Positions 1 through 14,211 are shown, counted from the whole stretch's first letter. The stretch is 63,765 bases of DNA, filler included, from Octopus bimaculoides (GCF_001194135.2; 8 parts of 6 records of this genome joined end to end with filler, not necessarily neighbours in it), one strand, 5' to 3'. The notes: generated from the letters alone by a model not told the origin. Translations and numbers: made by a program.

Positions 1-26
1 TGTGATGGGTCTTTCACAACACTCCG

Positions 27-33
27 CCTCTCT

Positions 34-97
<64 letters not shown>

Positions 98-98
98 A
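27..98. repeat. (GATA)n microsatellite; similar arrays at about 12891-12936, 13894-13947, 15209-15287, 22281-22318 and 53690-53830
   Basis: Perfect tetranucleotide array read directly. Confidence 0.95.
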
Positions 99-1465
99 AA
101 TATGGCAGAAACAGAGAGACCGAGATAGTCAAAGAGAAATACAGAGATACAGTACTCGATACGGTTTATGAAAGAATAGAAAAAATTAAAGATATGGTGG
201 AGAAGAAACGAACGAAAGAAATAAGGAAGGAAGGAAGAAATAATGAAGTAAAGAAAAAGGAAGAGAAGACTGAATAAGAAGAATGAATTAATTTTAAGAA
301 GCAAACACGAAACAAACAAAAGAAAATAGGAAAATCATAAATATAGTTTAAACAATGGAAATAATAACTAAAAATGTCAAGCTGAATTTTAAAACGCACA
401 ACAAGGAAAAAATGAATGAAGGAAGGAAAGAAAGAAAACATAGAAGACGGAAGGCTATAAATAAAGAAAAAGAAGCAGACAGAAAGAAAAGAAACAAATG
501 AGAAAGCAATTTTATAGAAGTATTACAATAACCTAATGGTTGTCGCCATCTTTTATAGCAGCGCCCCCTTTTCAAATGGTTGTTGCTATATTATTATTTA
601 CCCTACAGCTGCCATTCTTTCATCATATTTTCATGAATTCTGATGGATGACTTCATATTGATTGCTTCTTTTAGTAAAAGAACATCAGTTCTGGGCTTTT
701 TTTTTTTTGTCTTCTATGGATGGCATTGAGTCTATAGACGAGTAACTGACGTAGTATATAACTGATACTGTAATTTGTCTGTTTTTATTGCCAAGTAAAG
801 ACGAGAGGCAATGGCTACACCTCCATAACCATCGCTTGAACGATCAATACTGACATTATTAAAGAAAGAGAAACAAAGACAGAGACAGATATACGCAGAT
901 ACTCAGACAGACATAGAGACAGACATGCAGACAGATGAACGGACGGACGGACGGAGCAAATGAGTATCCATCAAATTTCCACTATACTGCCTTTAAAATT
1001 GGAAATATTGGATATTTTAAAAGAAAATAAATGAAAGAATGGTATGAGCACGGCTGGAACGTCTTTCATCATAGGTCTGTCTTGTTTGATAGCATTGTAA
1101 ATTGAAGTGTACATTGTTCGGTGGTTATTGTATTGATATCGTAATCATGAACGGCTTGGTTGAATCATATGTCTAGATTTGAAATAAAAATATAAATCGA
1201 TCCGGTTAATAATGATTTTTAAGACTGGCGCAAAGCCATACACATTTGCATATACAACAGGTTCGCACTTAATGTTGTCGATTGGACTTGCGTCTTTAAG
1301 CATAACGACGCAAAACAAAATCAAATTTTACATAGTCTAAGTGCAATAATCAGAAATTATTAATTTCTATCCCTATTCACAGAAACATAAACAAACTTCT
1401 AAATAAAAAGCCTAAACGTTTTCGTTAGGTTTTTAAATTTTTTTTTATACTATCATTAACATATA

Positions 1466-1650
1466 AGGCAAAGTGCTTAGCGGCATTTCGTCCGTCTTCA
1501 CATTCTGAGTTCAAATTCCGCCGAGGCCGACTCTGTCTTTCATCCTTTTGTGATCGATAAAATAAATACCAGCTAAGCCCTGGGGATCGATGTAATCGAC
1601 TTAACCTTCTCTCGCAATTGCTGGCCTTGTGCCAAAATTTAAATCCAATA
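1466..1650 (+). mobile_element. SINE family B, 5'-truncated copy
   Basis: Matches the full copy at 52241-52478, including the B-box-like GAGTTCAAATTCC and the core CCGAGG(T/C)CGACT...GATCGATGTAATCGAC. Confidence 0.85.
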
Positions 1651-2564
1651 TCATTGATATACATGTCTGCAATAGACAGTTTTCATTTATTACCGTTTCT
1701 AAAAGGCCGCTAGAAAGACAACTTTCTAGAGGAGAAACAAAATGGTATAGTTTGTGCTCGTTACATCGAGAAAAATAGAGTTACTGCGCTTATCCTCCTT
1801 CTGACAGGTTTCGCTTTATCGTCCTGCAGGGCATCCAATTAAAGTAAACCCACTTCACGAAGTAGGTTTAGTAGGACTGTCAGGTTCGTCACCGACGGAA
1901 TGACGTTGCAACAGGCCATTTTNNNNNNNNNNNNNNNNNNNNNNNNNNNNNNNNNNNNNNNNNNNNNNNNNNNNNNNNNNNNNNNNNNNNNNNNNNNNNN
2001 NNNNNNNNNNNNNNNNNNNNNNNNNNNNNNNNNNNNNNNNNNNNNNNNNNNNNNNNNNNNNNNNNNNNNNNNNNNNNNNNNNNNNNNNNNNNNNNNNNNN
2101 NNNNNNNNNNNNNNNNNNNNNNNNNNNNNNNNNNNNNNNNNNNNNNNNNNNNNNNNNNNNNNNNNNNNNNNNNNNNNNNNNNNNNNNNNNNNNNNNNNNN
2201 NNNNNNNNNNNNNNNNNNNNNNNNNNNNNNNNNNNNNNNNNNNNNNNNNNNNNNNNNNNNNNNNNNNNNNNNNNNNNNNNNNNNNNNNNNNNNNNNNNNN
2301 NNNNNNNNNNNNNNNNNNNNNNNNNNNNNNNNNNNNNNNNNNNNNNNNNNNNNNNNNNNNNNNNNNNNNNNNNNNNNNNNNNNNNNNNNNNNNNNNNNNN
2401 NNNNNNNNNNNNNNNNNNNNNNNNNNNNNNNNNNNNNNNNNNNNNNNNNNNNNNNNNNNNNNNNNNNNNNNNNNNNNNNNNNNNNNNNNNNNNNNNNNNN
2501 NNNNNNNNNNNNNNNNNNNNNNNNNNNNNNNNNNNNNNNNNNNNNNNNNNNNNNNNNNNNNNNN

Positions 2565-2621
<57 letters not shown>

Positions 2622-2887
2622 AGGGATGACCACTAGGTGGACATCCAATATGCTAAATGTAGACCCCATATGAGATTAAATTTATATTTATATATATATA
2701 TATATACATATTTATATACCCATACACACGCACACACACACACATATATATGCATTCATATATGTATGTATTTATATCTATGATAACATATATAATATAT
2801 AATTATATGCATATATCCATACAGATATGTACATACCTACATTACATCTATATGTATACATACAAGCATATATGGGTACAGAACACC

Positions 2888-3060
2888 ACGAAAAAACGTT
2901 AAACACAATGAGAAACGAAAACATGAAGTCGAAGACAGAAAACGAACTTTTTATCGAACAACGAAAAAAAAACAGAGAAACGAGACATGCAACACAAAGA
3001 ATATTTCACTTCTTCAGTTGTCCCTGTTCCATCTACTCCATGTTTACCACATCGTAACGG
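2888..3060. repeat. Dispersed repeat family D, copy 1
   Basis: Aligns by eye with 43605-43760 (GAAAAAACGTTAAACACAATGAGAAACGAAAACATGAA...GAGACATGCAAC...CAGTTGTCCCTGTTCC). Confidence 0.85.
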
Positions 3061-3574
3061 GTTCAGTCCTACTGCATGGTACCTAGGATCGGTGTCTTTT
3101 ATAAAGTCCAATTTGTTCGACTTAAAATAGAAAAACCCTCAAGGTATCGCTCCAGCATGACAGCAGTCCAATGACTGAAACAACCAAAAGTCTTTTTTTT
3201 TAATAACAGATATATACATGAATGTTGGTGTGAAAGAGGTGGAGAGAGATAAGAAAAGACAGAGGTAGGAATAAAGCTTGTATGCGAATGTCTAGGTGAC
3301 AGAGACAAGTAACAGACAGACAGCCAGATGACATTAATTGCTTCCTGGCTTATTAAAGATGAGCTGTAATGGAAGTATGCACGGCGTGTTGGAATCTTTT
3401 ATTATTCATTGTGAAAAAAATATAGTTCCAGAAAGAAGAAATTTGGTAAAAAGAAAGACATTAAAAAAAAGAGTGCAAGAGAGAGAAAAACAGACAGACA
3501 GACAGAGAGGTAGACAGAGAAAGAGAGAATGACAGAGAGAGAGAGAGAGAGAATGACAGAGAGAGGGAGAGAAT

Positions 3575-3613
<39 letters not shown>

Positions 3614-4190
3614 AAAACAGCAGTGTTGCATGTGACAGACAATTGGTTAAAAGAAATTTTTATATACATCAAACACACACACACACNNNNNNNNNNNNNN
3701 NNNNNNNNNNNNNNNNNNNNNNNNNNNNNNNNNNNNNNNNNNNNNNNNNNNNNNNNNNNNNNNNNNNNNNNNNNNNNNNNNNNNNNNNNNNNNNNNNNNN
3801 NNNNNNNNNNNNNNNNNNNNNNNNNNNNNNNNNNNNNNNNNNNNNNNNNNNNNNNNNNNNNNNNNNNNNNNNNNNNNNNNNNNNNNNNNNNNNNNNNNNN
3901 NNNNNNNNNNNNNNNNNNNNNNNNNNNNNNNNNNNNNNNNNNNNNNNNNNNNNNNNNNNNNNNNNNNNNNNNNNNNNNNNNNNNNNNNNNNNNNNNNNNN
4001 NNNNNNNNNNNNNNNNNNNNNNNNNNNNNNNNNNNNNNNNNNNNNNNNNNNNNNNNNNNNNNNNNNNNNNNNNNNNNNNNNNNNNNNNNNNNNNNNNNNN
4101 NNNNNNNNNNNNNNNNNNNNNNNNNNNNNNNNNNNNNNNNNNNNNNNNNNNNNNNNNNNNNNNNNNNNNNNNNNNNNNNNNNNNNNNNNN

Positions 4191-4227
<37 letters not shown>

Positions 4228-4504
4228 ATACACGCACGTACACGAACACATATTTTTATGCATATACATATATATATATGTGTATGCATGTGTGTGTGTT
4301 TGTGTGCGCATATACATTTACAGGAAGAAATTAAAACATATTGCATACCTTTGAAAGTAAATGTACACGCAAACAGGCTTGTATGATACATTCGCACTCA
4401 TTTACTCGTCAGTGTGTCAATATCTATACGTACATATATACATATATACATGCATACATGCATGCATACATACATACATACATACATACATACATACATA
4501 AGCA

Positions 4505-5220
4505 CACATAATAAAAAGGAATACTGGTGGAATGTCTCAGTGAAGACCTCAGTAAAATGTAAGCACAACAGACCTGATATGATGATTTGGGATAGAGAAG
4601 AGAAACTGTGTACAGTTGTTAAAATTAGCTGCCCGGCAGATGTTAGCATAAAGCTAAAGATTAGTGAAAAAGAGAATATCTATGCTGAACTATTAAGAAA
4701 TCTGCAGTTACTCTATCCAGATTAAAAGTTCACGTTTATACCTGTAATTATTGGGGCACTGGGATATGTGACACTACCTAAATACCAATCTTGAGAAATT
4801 AGGCTTCTCAAAACCAGAAAGGATAAAAGCTAATTCGAAGACTACAGATCCAATCCATCACTGGAACAGTAAAAATCAGCAAAACTTTCCAGAAGTTTAT
4901 CATTTAAATATATATGAGCATGTCTAGAAATGCAACTATATGTATGAGAATACATATATAAAGCAAAACATTCAAATCTGCATACATACATACATACATA
5001 CATACATACATACATACATACATACATACGCACACACACACATACATACATACACACACACATACACACATACATACATACATACATACACACATACATA
5101 CATACATACATACATACATACTCTGTTGTTGATGTTGAAATTCCAATGAAGGAGCCTTGGATCTAGGTTAGAAACCGGTTCTTTCTCTATTGGCGAGAAA
5201 TCTTGAAATAAAACTAAGTA
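4505..5220 (+). mobile_element. Non-LTR retrotransposon 3' fragment of the restriction-like endonuclease (RLE) class, with probable 3' UTR
   Basis: Translation EYWWNVSVKTSVKCKHNRPDMMIWDREEKLCTVVKISCP...KENIYAELL...IPVIIGALG shows the RPD...E/D-x-x-x-P and IPVIIGALG motifs of R2/R4/NeSL-type RLE domains. It has stops and frameshifts and is flanked by (CATA)n. Confidence 0.8.
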
Positions 5221-5539
5221 ATAACATACATACATGTATATACATGTATGTATGTATATATGTATGCATAAATGCATGCATGTATATATGCACATGCAGG
5301 CGCGCGCTGAGTCCCCCAAATCAGTTTAGTTAGAGAGTTACAAGGAAATAGATGCGGCGTGAGAGATAGGGCAAGAGAGGGAAAAGGCAAAGGAGAGAAA
5401 AGCAAACATTATAATCGACGTTGCCGTCGTTAGCACCACCAAACCGTCACAGAGAGTGCAATCATCTCTACTTGTCACTGTCATCGTTACCATTCGCTTT
5501 CGCTGTTTCATTGGCACCACCACCGCCATCACCACCAGA

Positions 5540-5977
5540 CATCATCATCATCATCGTCACGATGGTTACGCATACCACCATCACCAATAACATCATCATC
5601 ATCATCATTTGAGTCATCACCATCATGTAGTTTAACGTCACTGCCAACACCACCACTTACCACCATCTCCACGACCACCACTTAATCGTCATCACGATGG
5701 TCATCAACACAAACGTCGCCGCCACCACCGTCGTCATCATCACCATCTTCATCGTCACTGTCATCGTCGTCGTCGTCGTCGTCGTCATCATCATCATCAT
5801 CTAAGTCATCATCATCTAAGTCATCATCATCATCAGCATCATCATCATCATCATCATCATCATCAGTATCATCATCATCATCATTACTATTATCATCATC
5901 ATCATCATCATCAGCATCATCATCATCATCTAAGTCATCAGCATCATCATCATCATCAGCATCAGCATCATCATCAG

Positions 5978-6008
<31 letters not shown>

Positions 6009-6320
6009 TAAGTCATCCATCACGATGTAAGTTATTGCCACTGTCATCACCACCACCATCTCCACGCCATCTTTGCAACCATTACCCGCACCACCTTTAA
6101 GTACGTCCACTACCACCGTCACTGCCATCATCATCGTCATCATCATTACCATCACCAATAACCACCATCACTACCACCATTATTACTACTACTACTACCA
6201 ATATCCTCATCATCATCATCATCACCAGCATCGGCAGCAAAAGCTGTGACATTACCAACACACCCACACCCAACACCACCACCACCACCACCACCACCAT
6301 CATTCACATTATCATCGTCG
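5540..6320. repeat. Compound (CAT)n/(CAC)n/(CGT)n trinucleotide array
   Basis: Read directly; source of the poly-D, poly-M and poly-V pseudo-ORFs. Confidence 0.9.
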
Positions 6321-6673
6321 TGAATGATGGTAGCCAAATGTTAATAGAATCAGTTATTCTCTTGTGTCAAGTCATCTTTTCACATAAAACTATTTGCCTT
6401 TAGTCGCCGAGTATTATAACACCTTGTCGTTGACAGTCATAGAAATGATGACGAGAGGTGGGCACGGGGAGCGGGAGAGAAAGAGAGAAAGAAAGAGAGA
6501 GAAGGAGAGAGAGAGAGAGGAATCAGCGAGGCCAGCTTTGTTCCTCGTCCGTGTTACTTGGAAGTATGTGTGGGTGTGTGCTTAGATGCTGGAGTGTGTT
6601 TCTTGTTGTGTAGGTGGTTTTTGTGTGTCTGTATTTCAGTATCGTATTTCAGGTGCCAATTACTTATTTCCCT

Positions 6674-6713
<40 letters not shown>

Positions 6714-8055
6714 NNNNNNNNNNNNNNNNNNNNNNNNNNNNNNNNNNNNNNNNNNNNNNNNNNNNNNNNNNNNNNNNNNNNNNNNNNNNNNNNNNNNNNN
6801 NNNNNNNNNNNNNNNNNNNNNNNNNNNNNNNNNNNNNNNNNNNNNNNNNNNNNNNNNNNNNNNNNNNNNNNNNNNNNNNNNNNNNNNNNNNNNNNNNNNN
6901 NNNNNNNNNNNNNNNNNNNNNNNNNNNNNNNNNNNNNNNNNNNNNNNNNNNNNNNNNNNNNNNNNNNNNNNNNNNNNNNNNNNNNNNNNNNNNNNNNNNN
7001 NNNNNNNNNNNNNNNNNNNNNNNNNNNNNNNNNNNNNNNNNNNNNNNNNNNNNNNNNNNNNNNNNNNNNNNNNNNNNNNNNNNNNNNNNNNNNNNNNNNN
7101 NNNNNNNNNNNNNNNNNNNNNNNNNNNNNNNNNNNNNNNNNNNNNNNNNNNNNNNNNNNNNNNNNNNNNNNNNNNNNNNNNNNNNNNNNNNNNNNNNNNN
7201 NNNNNNNNNNNNNNNNNNNNNNNNNNNNNNNNNNNNNNNNNNNNNNNNNNNNNNNNNNNNNNNNNNNNNNNNNNNNNNNNNNNNNNNNNNNNNNNNNNNN
7301 NNNNNNNNNNNNNNNNNNNNNNNNNNNNNNNNNNNNNNNNNNNNNNNNNNNNNNNNNNNNNNNNNNNNNNNNNNNNNNNNNNNNNNNNNNNNNNNNNNNN
7401 NNNNNNNNNNNNNNNNNNNNNNNNNNNNNNNNNNNNNNNNNNNNNNNNNNNNNNNNNNNNNNNNNNNNNNNNNNNNNNNNNNNTACAACCACTTTCTCTT
7501 GAGAATTTCTTCTCCAGTAGTTTCTAACAAAAAGTCTTATCTTCATAGTCCGTTTTCTTTTTATTATTATTATTATTTTTTATTTTACGTACAGATTCTT
7601 TTTTCTTAGTCTGCATCGATTTTTTTAAATATTTATATCACTTCTTCGGTTTTTCTCCCTCTCTCTCTCTTTCTCTCTCTCTCCCCCTTTTTTTTTTTCT
7701 TTTTCTCCTATAATGTCTTGATTTATGTTATCAATTTCCTTGAGTATCCGTGCCAAGATATGAGATACATTTTAATATGTCTCACTGCAAACTTATCGTT
7801 TGCCCTATCAACAATATAATGACGAATCTCACCCTGCTTCGCTGGTAAGCTGGCGAAGAATTTAATGTCAAGATGACGATATGGTTCGGGTTCGACCTTA
7901 GATTTGAACCGTTTTATTTCATATAACAGTGATTTACATTAGCATTCCCCCCATGCAAACATAGAAGCCGAACACTTCGAGTAGGATGCGAGAAGTGTAG
8001 CGAAAGAATACGATTGTTTTGGTTGAAACTTTCAACCAAATAACCACACAGACAT

Positions 8056-8204
8056 CGCCGTGTGGTTAAGAGCATTGCTCACAAACTATGAAGTATTGGG
8101 TCTGTCCCACTGAGTGGCACCTTGGGCAATTGTCTTCTGATAAATCCCCAGGTCGACCAAAGCCTTGTGAGTGCGTTTGGTAGACTGAAACTGAGAGAAG
8201 CCCG

Positions 8205-8208
<4 letters not shown>
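8056..8208 (+). mobile_element. SINE family A, 5' half
   Basis: Contains GTGGCACCTTGGGCAA...GACCAAAGCCTTGTGAGTG...GAAACTGA..GAAGCCCGTCG, shared with 10464-10899. Confidence 0.85.
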
Positions 8209-8267
<59 letters not shown>

Positions 8268-8679
8268 ATTGTTTGAATTCTTTACAGCGAGATCAAAAAT
8301 GAGTATTTGCATGTTTATTCTTAACACGTGTTGGCAGAATTCGAAACCTCAATCTGAATGTTTCAGTATGCTACTTCCCATTGTTCTCAGAGTTCCATTT
8401 AGAATATAAGCATGTTATCTGTCAAATTCCCCAACATTTAAGGTGAAACTCCGTTCAGCTCGGATAAACTTATTCGTTCGCTAGACTCCTCTCACCGTCC
8501 TCTAAGAAGTATTCGACCTTTATGTTTACAAGAGGGACGCTAATGTAAACCACTCTTATGTATAATTAGAATGATGTGATCATTATTACATTGTATTAAG
8601 TTTGAAAGTGGATGTATGCTTTTTAAGAAAAAGAATGAATATCGATAACATGCGGCTAACTTCAAGTCTCAATGTGACG

Positions 8680-9030
8680 CAGTCAAGTCGAGTGGTTAAG
8701 AAGCTTGCTTTGCAATCGTGTGAGTCCCCAGCTTGATATCCATACGTGGTATCTTCAGCAGGTATATTTCTACCATAGGCTCCAGCTGGTTAAAGCCTTG
8801 AGTGATGCTGAATAGACAATAGGCGAAATCTGTGTTAAAACTCGTTGCATTTATCGTACTTGTGATTCAAAAGACCCGGCCTCGTCATATGTGAAGTCAT
8901 ACTGATATTGTTGGGAGATTATTTTAAGGACGCACCTGTCTAGGCACTATTCGATCATTTCCCTGCTGGTTCAATGAGAAGGTGGTGTAGCTAATCAAAC
9001 AACTGAGCACTCTTCGTCGAAACCAACGGA
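8680..9030 (+). mobile_element. SINE family C, highly diverged copy
   Basis: tRNA-like head (GAGTGGTTAAGAAGCTTGCTTTGCAA) followed by a central block weakly matching the reverse complement of 42513-42825. Confidence 0.5.
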
Positions 9031-10463
9031 GACCTATTTTACCAGGAGAATGTTAAAGAACGCTAAAAGAAAAATAAAAGTACTGCATTATATCAATTTA
9101 ATAATATCTTCATCGATTTATATAAATACATCTGATACAGGATATTCTTTTATAGATTAATAAAAAAAAAACCTTACATACAAAGAAGACATGAACACAT
9201 AACCTGTTGACATAGCATCTCTAAAGTGACGTCTTCATATATTGCTACAGGTATTTCTATAGGTAGACTCGATTACAGTCCCATGTGTGAGTTTATTGCA
9301 CTTTTCTGTCGCAAACTTTTGCTTTTAATGTTTAATACCATTAATTTCCTTCAGTTCAGAATACCTGCATAAAAAAAAAAGAGGCAGCAGTTTTTCGTCT
9401 AAAAAATTTAAGTGATATAGACTAGAAACTTTTGCAATATAATATTCCCGTTTGTTTTAACTACTAACTTCTTGTAAGACGCAGTACCACACGAGACTGC
9501 GCCAGTCAGCCAGTCCTGAAACGCACGATATTACAGGAAGCATTCTAACTTTGTTTACATTAATTTTGAAGGAAGTGATGAACTTATTCATTTTCAAAGA
9601 AAAACCCTAATCCCTTCTATCATTCACTCCTGTTCCGTAATAGAATCATTACAAGAGTTGGTTTTTGACCAGGACATTTTTCATGGGGGTGTTAATAGTT
9701 CATATTTCGTGCACCACTAAACACAATGATCTTTTTTCTATGTTATTATAAACAAGCATTATGGAATAGATCAAATCACCGCTGCAGACGGCAGCACTGC
9801 TAAATAAACAGATCAGATTTACGGAAAGTTTAGACCTTCATGAAATGTGCTATAGTGCTTAGGCCTTGAACGAGGTATTAAAAGTTGTTAGATTTCGATC
9901 GAAATACAAAACTACTTGAAACTTTGACATAAGTGCTAATTATGCTAGAGTGTTGACCTTTGAGAAAAGCATTCGGTTGTCAGATAAATTTGTGTCTCCA
10001 CCACCACCACCACCACCACCACCATCACCTCCACCACCATCACCACCACCATCACCACCACCCCATACGCAAACCATTCATTTTGATCTTTTTCAATGTT
10101 ATTTGAATTAACGCGAAAGATATTTTATCGTATTCTGTAATTCTATTCTTCCGGTACAACTTCTGTATATAGCTTTTGAAATTTGAATAAATTTTATCCC
10201 TTTTCAGACATATGATGACGGAGAGCTAAGTAGGAAAGTAAAAGAAAGAAACGAACGAATTTATCTGACAACACAAGGCAAACAGTCATTGTACCTTGTA
10301 CAAAGTATACCAAGATACTACCAGAAGTTGGACCGTGACTGAAGTATCAGCAATGTTTGGACCTGTATATAAATACTAACGGTACTTGAGCGTTGAAAGA
10401 ACCACTGACGTCACATAAGCATAAGATATTCTTAGTAGAAATATCAAGAGAAGGAAATTCATA

Positions 10464-10899
10464 GGCGTAGGAGTGGCTATGTGATAAGTAGCTTGCTTAC
10501 CAACCACATGGTTCCGGGTTCATTCCCACTGCGTGGCATCTTGGGCAAGTGTCTTCTACTATAGCCTCGGGCCGACCAAAGCCTTGTGAGTGGATTTGAT
10601 AGGCGGAAACTGAAAGAATCCTGTCGTATATATGTATATGTATATATGTATATGCATATATGTGTGTGTATATGTCTGTGTGTCTGTGTTTGCCCCCCCC
10701 CCCCCAACATCGCTTGACAACCGATGGTAGTGTGTTTACGTCCCCGTAACATAACGGTTCAGCAAAAGAGACCGATAGAATGAGTACTAGGCTTACAAAG
10801 AATAAGTCCTGGGGTCGATTTGCTCGACTAAAGGCGGTGCTCCAGCATGGCCGCAGTCAAATGACTGAAACAAGTCAAAGAGTATAAAAGAATAAAAGA
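10464..10899 (+). mobile_element. SINE family A, full length (tRNA-derived head, internal microsatellite, LINE-like tail)
   Basis: A-box-like TGGCTATGTGATAAG, B-box-like GGGTTCATTCCC, internal (TA/TG)n, tail GGCGGTGCTCCAGCATGGCCGCAGTCAAATGACTGAAACAAG with (TAAAAGAG)-like end; many copies in the window. Confidence 0.9.
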
Positions 10900-11349
10900 G
10901 TAGACGTTATAACATGATAGAATAAGGTAAGAGTGATTAAATTTTAGTAGAAGTAGCAGAGAAGTTTGGTTTCTGGCAGACGTTTTAAACGTGATTGAGA
11001 TTAAAGATTTAAGTAAAAGAAGAAGAGTGATAGTTAAAACTGCTTGTGAAGCATTGACATAGAGTATGAACATGCGAGTGAAAGTGAGAGAGCGAAGGAC
11101 CGCGAGGCAATAGAAAAAGAGAAACAGAGAGAAGAGAATGTGAAACTAGGCTTTGATCCTTACATAAATGTGCATTAGTAATGGCCTTTTGTATAAAGAT
11201 TCTTTACAAACATTGTTGCGTCTGGTTTCTTTCCGTCATTGTTCATTTCTTCTAGTGTGTTTGTGGCATAATTACATTGTTATCGCTTCTATCAAATCCC
11301 TAGCACATTTAGAACTTCTACCAGAAACCAAACATTGCTGCTTCTTCTA

Positions 11350-11646
11350 CAGAGTGTCCACAACGTCTGGGTACATGTGGATTAACACATACTTTAAGAA
11401 ATTATTATTTCTTATATTTAATTGCTTATGTTATGATTTTATATACTCCATGTACCCACATGCGGATTAACACATACTTTAAGAAATTATTATTTCTTAT
11501 ATTTAATTGTTTATGTTATGATTTTATTTACTCTATGTCCCCACATGCGGATTAACACATACTGTAAGAAATTATTATGTCTTATATTTAATTGTTTATG
11601 TTATGATTTTATATACTCCAAGTACCCAGACTTTGTGAACACCCTG
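11350..11646. mobile_element. Tc1/mariner-type MITE with TA target sites and three internal 85-bp tandem units
   Basis: Left end TA|CAGAGTGTCCACAACGTCTGGGTAC; the right end reverse-complements to TA|CAGGGTGTTCACAAAGTCTGGGTAC. Units start at 11374, 11459 and 11544. Confidence 0.85.
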
Positions 11647-11721
11647 TACAAGAATTACATAACTATATAAATATACTCACAAATATATATGTATACACAC
11701 ACACACACACATACACACACA

Positions 11722-11900
11722 CGTGAGCGGAGAGCTGAAAAGTTCCTGGCTTTGAGTAAAAGAAAATACAGGACGATCAGTTAATTATGATTTTATTAAA
11801 CATATTCCCCTTTCAGATTCACACATTTATTTCAGTGGTCCTTCAGTTTTCTCTAAGCTCTGTAAAAGAACTCGGCAGATCGGGCCTCTAGCCAGGCCTG
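11722..11900 (-). mobile_element. Mariner transposase C-terminal remnant plus terminal repeat
   Basis: Minus-strand translation AWLEARSAEFF(fs)QSLEKLKDH*NKCVNLKGEYV* matches the mariner C-terminus pattern (W...EFF..GI.KL..RW.KCV...G.Y). The end GCTGAAAAGTTCCTGGCTTT is mariner-TIR-like. Confidence 0.7.
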
Positions 11901-12122
11901 TGTGTACATCCTTCTTCTTGACCGATGTTCAAGCAAGAAACAACGGTCCGTCACTGCCACCTCATAGCTACTCGGAGTTTCAAGCGAAGCGATCAATCAC
12001 GCCAGAATAAACGTCTCTTGCAAATAAATAAACTCTACTACATGTCTGGAGTGAGTGTAGTATTCCTGGTAACTATTTCTGGCTTGTGTTTTTTTTTACA
12101 CTTAAGCGTATAAATTAACTTA

Positions 12123-12179
<57 letters not shown>

Positions 12180-12890
12180 NNNNNNNNNNNNNNNNNNNNN
12201 NNNNNNNNNNNNNNNNNNNNNNNNNNNNNNNNNNNNNNNNNNNNNNNNNNNNNNNNNNNNNNNNNNNNNNNNNNNNNNNNNNNNNNNNNNNNNNNNNNNN
12301 NNNNNNNNNNNNNNNNNNNNNNNNNNNNNNNNNNNNNNNNNNNNNNNNNNNNNNNNNNNNNNNNNNNNNNNNNNNNNNNNNNNNNNNNNNNNNNNNNNNN
12401 NNNNNNNNNNNNNNNNNNNNNNNNNNNNNNNNNNNNNNNNNNNNNNNNNNNNNNNNNNNNNNNNNNNNNNNNNNNNNNNNNNNNNNNNNNNNNNNNNNNN
12501 NNNNNNNNNNNNNNNNNNNNNNNNNNNNNNNNNNNNNNNNNNNNNNNNNNNNNNNNNNNNNNNNNNNNNNNNNNNNNNNNNNNNNNNNNNNNNNNNNNNN
12601 NNNNNNNNNNNNNNNNNNNNNNNNNNNNNNNNNNNNNNNNNNNNNNNNNNNNNNNNNNNNNNNNNNNNNNNNNNNNNNNNNNNNNNNNNNNNNNNNNNNN
12701 NNNNNNNNNNNNNNNNNNNNNNNNNNNNNNNNNNNNNNNNNNNNNNNNNNNNNNNNNNNNNNNNNNNNNNNNNTATTTATGTATATATTTAAGTATGTAT
12801 GTATATTTTTATATGTATATATATGTATATATTATATACATGCATATGCAAAGGAGAGAGAGAGAGAGATCGTTGCGCAGGTAGTGAGAA

Positions 12891-12938
<48 letters not shown>

Positions 12939-13657
12939 AATCCTGAGGAAAAAGAATTCCTTTTAAGAATGAACTTTTCGCCAGCTCTCCTTCACTGTAC
13001 ATCATGTTATAAATGCTACTCAAATATAAACACTTATAAATAACATACAAATCAACCATTTTCCGCCACTCTAAAAAGCTTTCACACTGCCCCCTACATT
13101 GCTTTTTAACACAAGCTTTTAAAAATATAATAATTTCTTCATTTGGAACGAATTGGTACGAATCTGTTTATAGGAATGGTTCCATTTCTGATTTTGTCAT
13201 ACATCAACACACAGGGAAAAGCACGTACTCACGTACGTCCTTACACATTTTTGCACACTATCACGCAGGCGCATTCGAGATAAGGTAAGCAAGCGAACGG
13301 TGAAATTATGGGCGACTGTAACACCGCAATTTGTCATGTAGAAAATAAGTATCAATCTGAAATAGTTTATGACATCAAAGACACGGTTTTAAATCAGCAC
13401 CAAATTTAATTGTGCATTTTATTACACGACGCTCATCGAAGATATGTATGTATGCATGCATGTATGTATGTACGTACGTATGTATGTATCTACGTATGTA
13501 TGTGTGTATGTATGTATGTATGTATGTACGATAATGCGTACATACATACGTACTTACGTACGTATGCAGAGTTAGATAGATAGATATACATACATATACA
13601 AATGCATGTGTACGAGATACATATATATATGTGTGTGTGTGTGTGCATATATATGTA

Positions 13658-13692
<35 letters not shown>

Positions 13693-13713
13693 GCACACAC
13701 ATANNNNNNNNNN

Positions 13714-13763
<50 letters not shown>

Positions 13764-13892
13764 AGTATATATATATATATACATATATACATGCATATGT
13801 ATTATATATACATCTTATATAAATATACAGATATATGATACATGTATACATATATATAATACATTTATACATACATACATACATACATATAA

Positions 13893-13947
<55 letters not shown>

Positions 13948-14170
13948 TACAAACACATACATTAATGTGTGTATGGACACGTGTGTGTGTGCATGGCTGC
14001 GTATGCGTGCGAGAGTGTTTGTAGGATATACATACAGATAATAGATAAATCAATAATCGTATCGATATCGGTTTGTGGAAACGGGTGTGTTTGTAATTGC
14101 GGTGGAAGAACGTTATCGGTTATATGCAAGAACTAAACTTTAATACGGATCCCGCAGAATTGGATTAAGC

Positions 14171-14211
<41 letters not shown>

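Noticed and set aside
5682-6158. 158-aa poly-Asp ORF
   Set aside because: It is a (CAT)n array with no splice signals or unique coding flanks.
10217-10351. Plus-strand acceptor followed by 44 open codons (TYDDGELSRK...)
   Set aside because: No strong donor, no recognisable homology, and a length compatible with chance.
10464-10535. tRNA-like sequences at SINE heads
   Set aside because: A and B boxes are present but there is no complete cloverleaf, and they continue into SINE bodies, so they are not tRNA genes.
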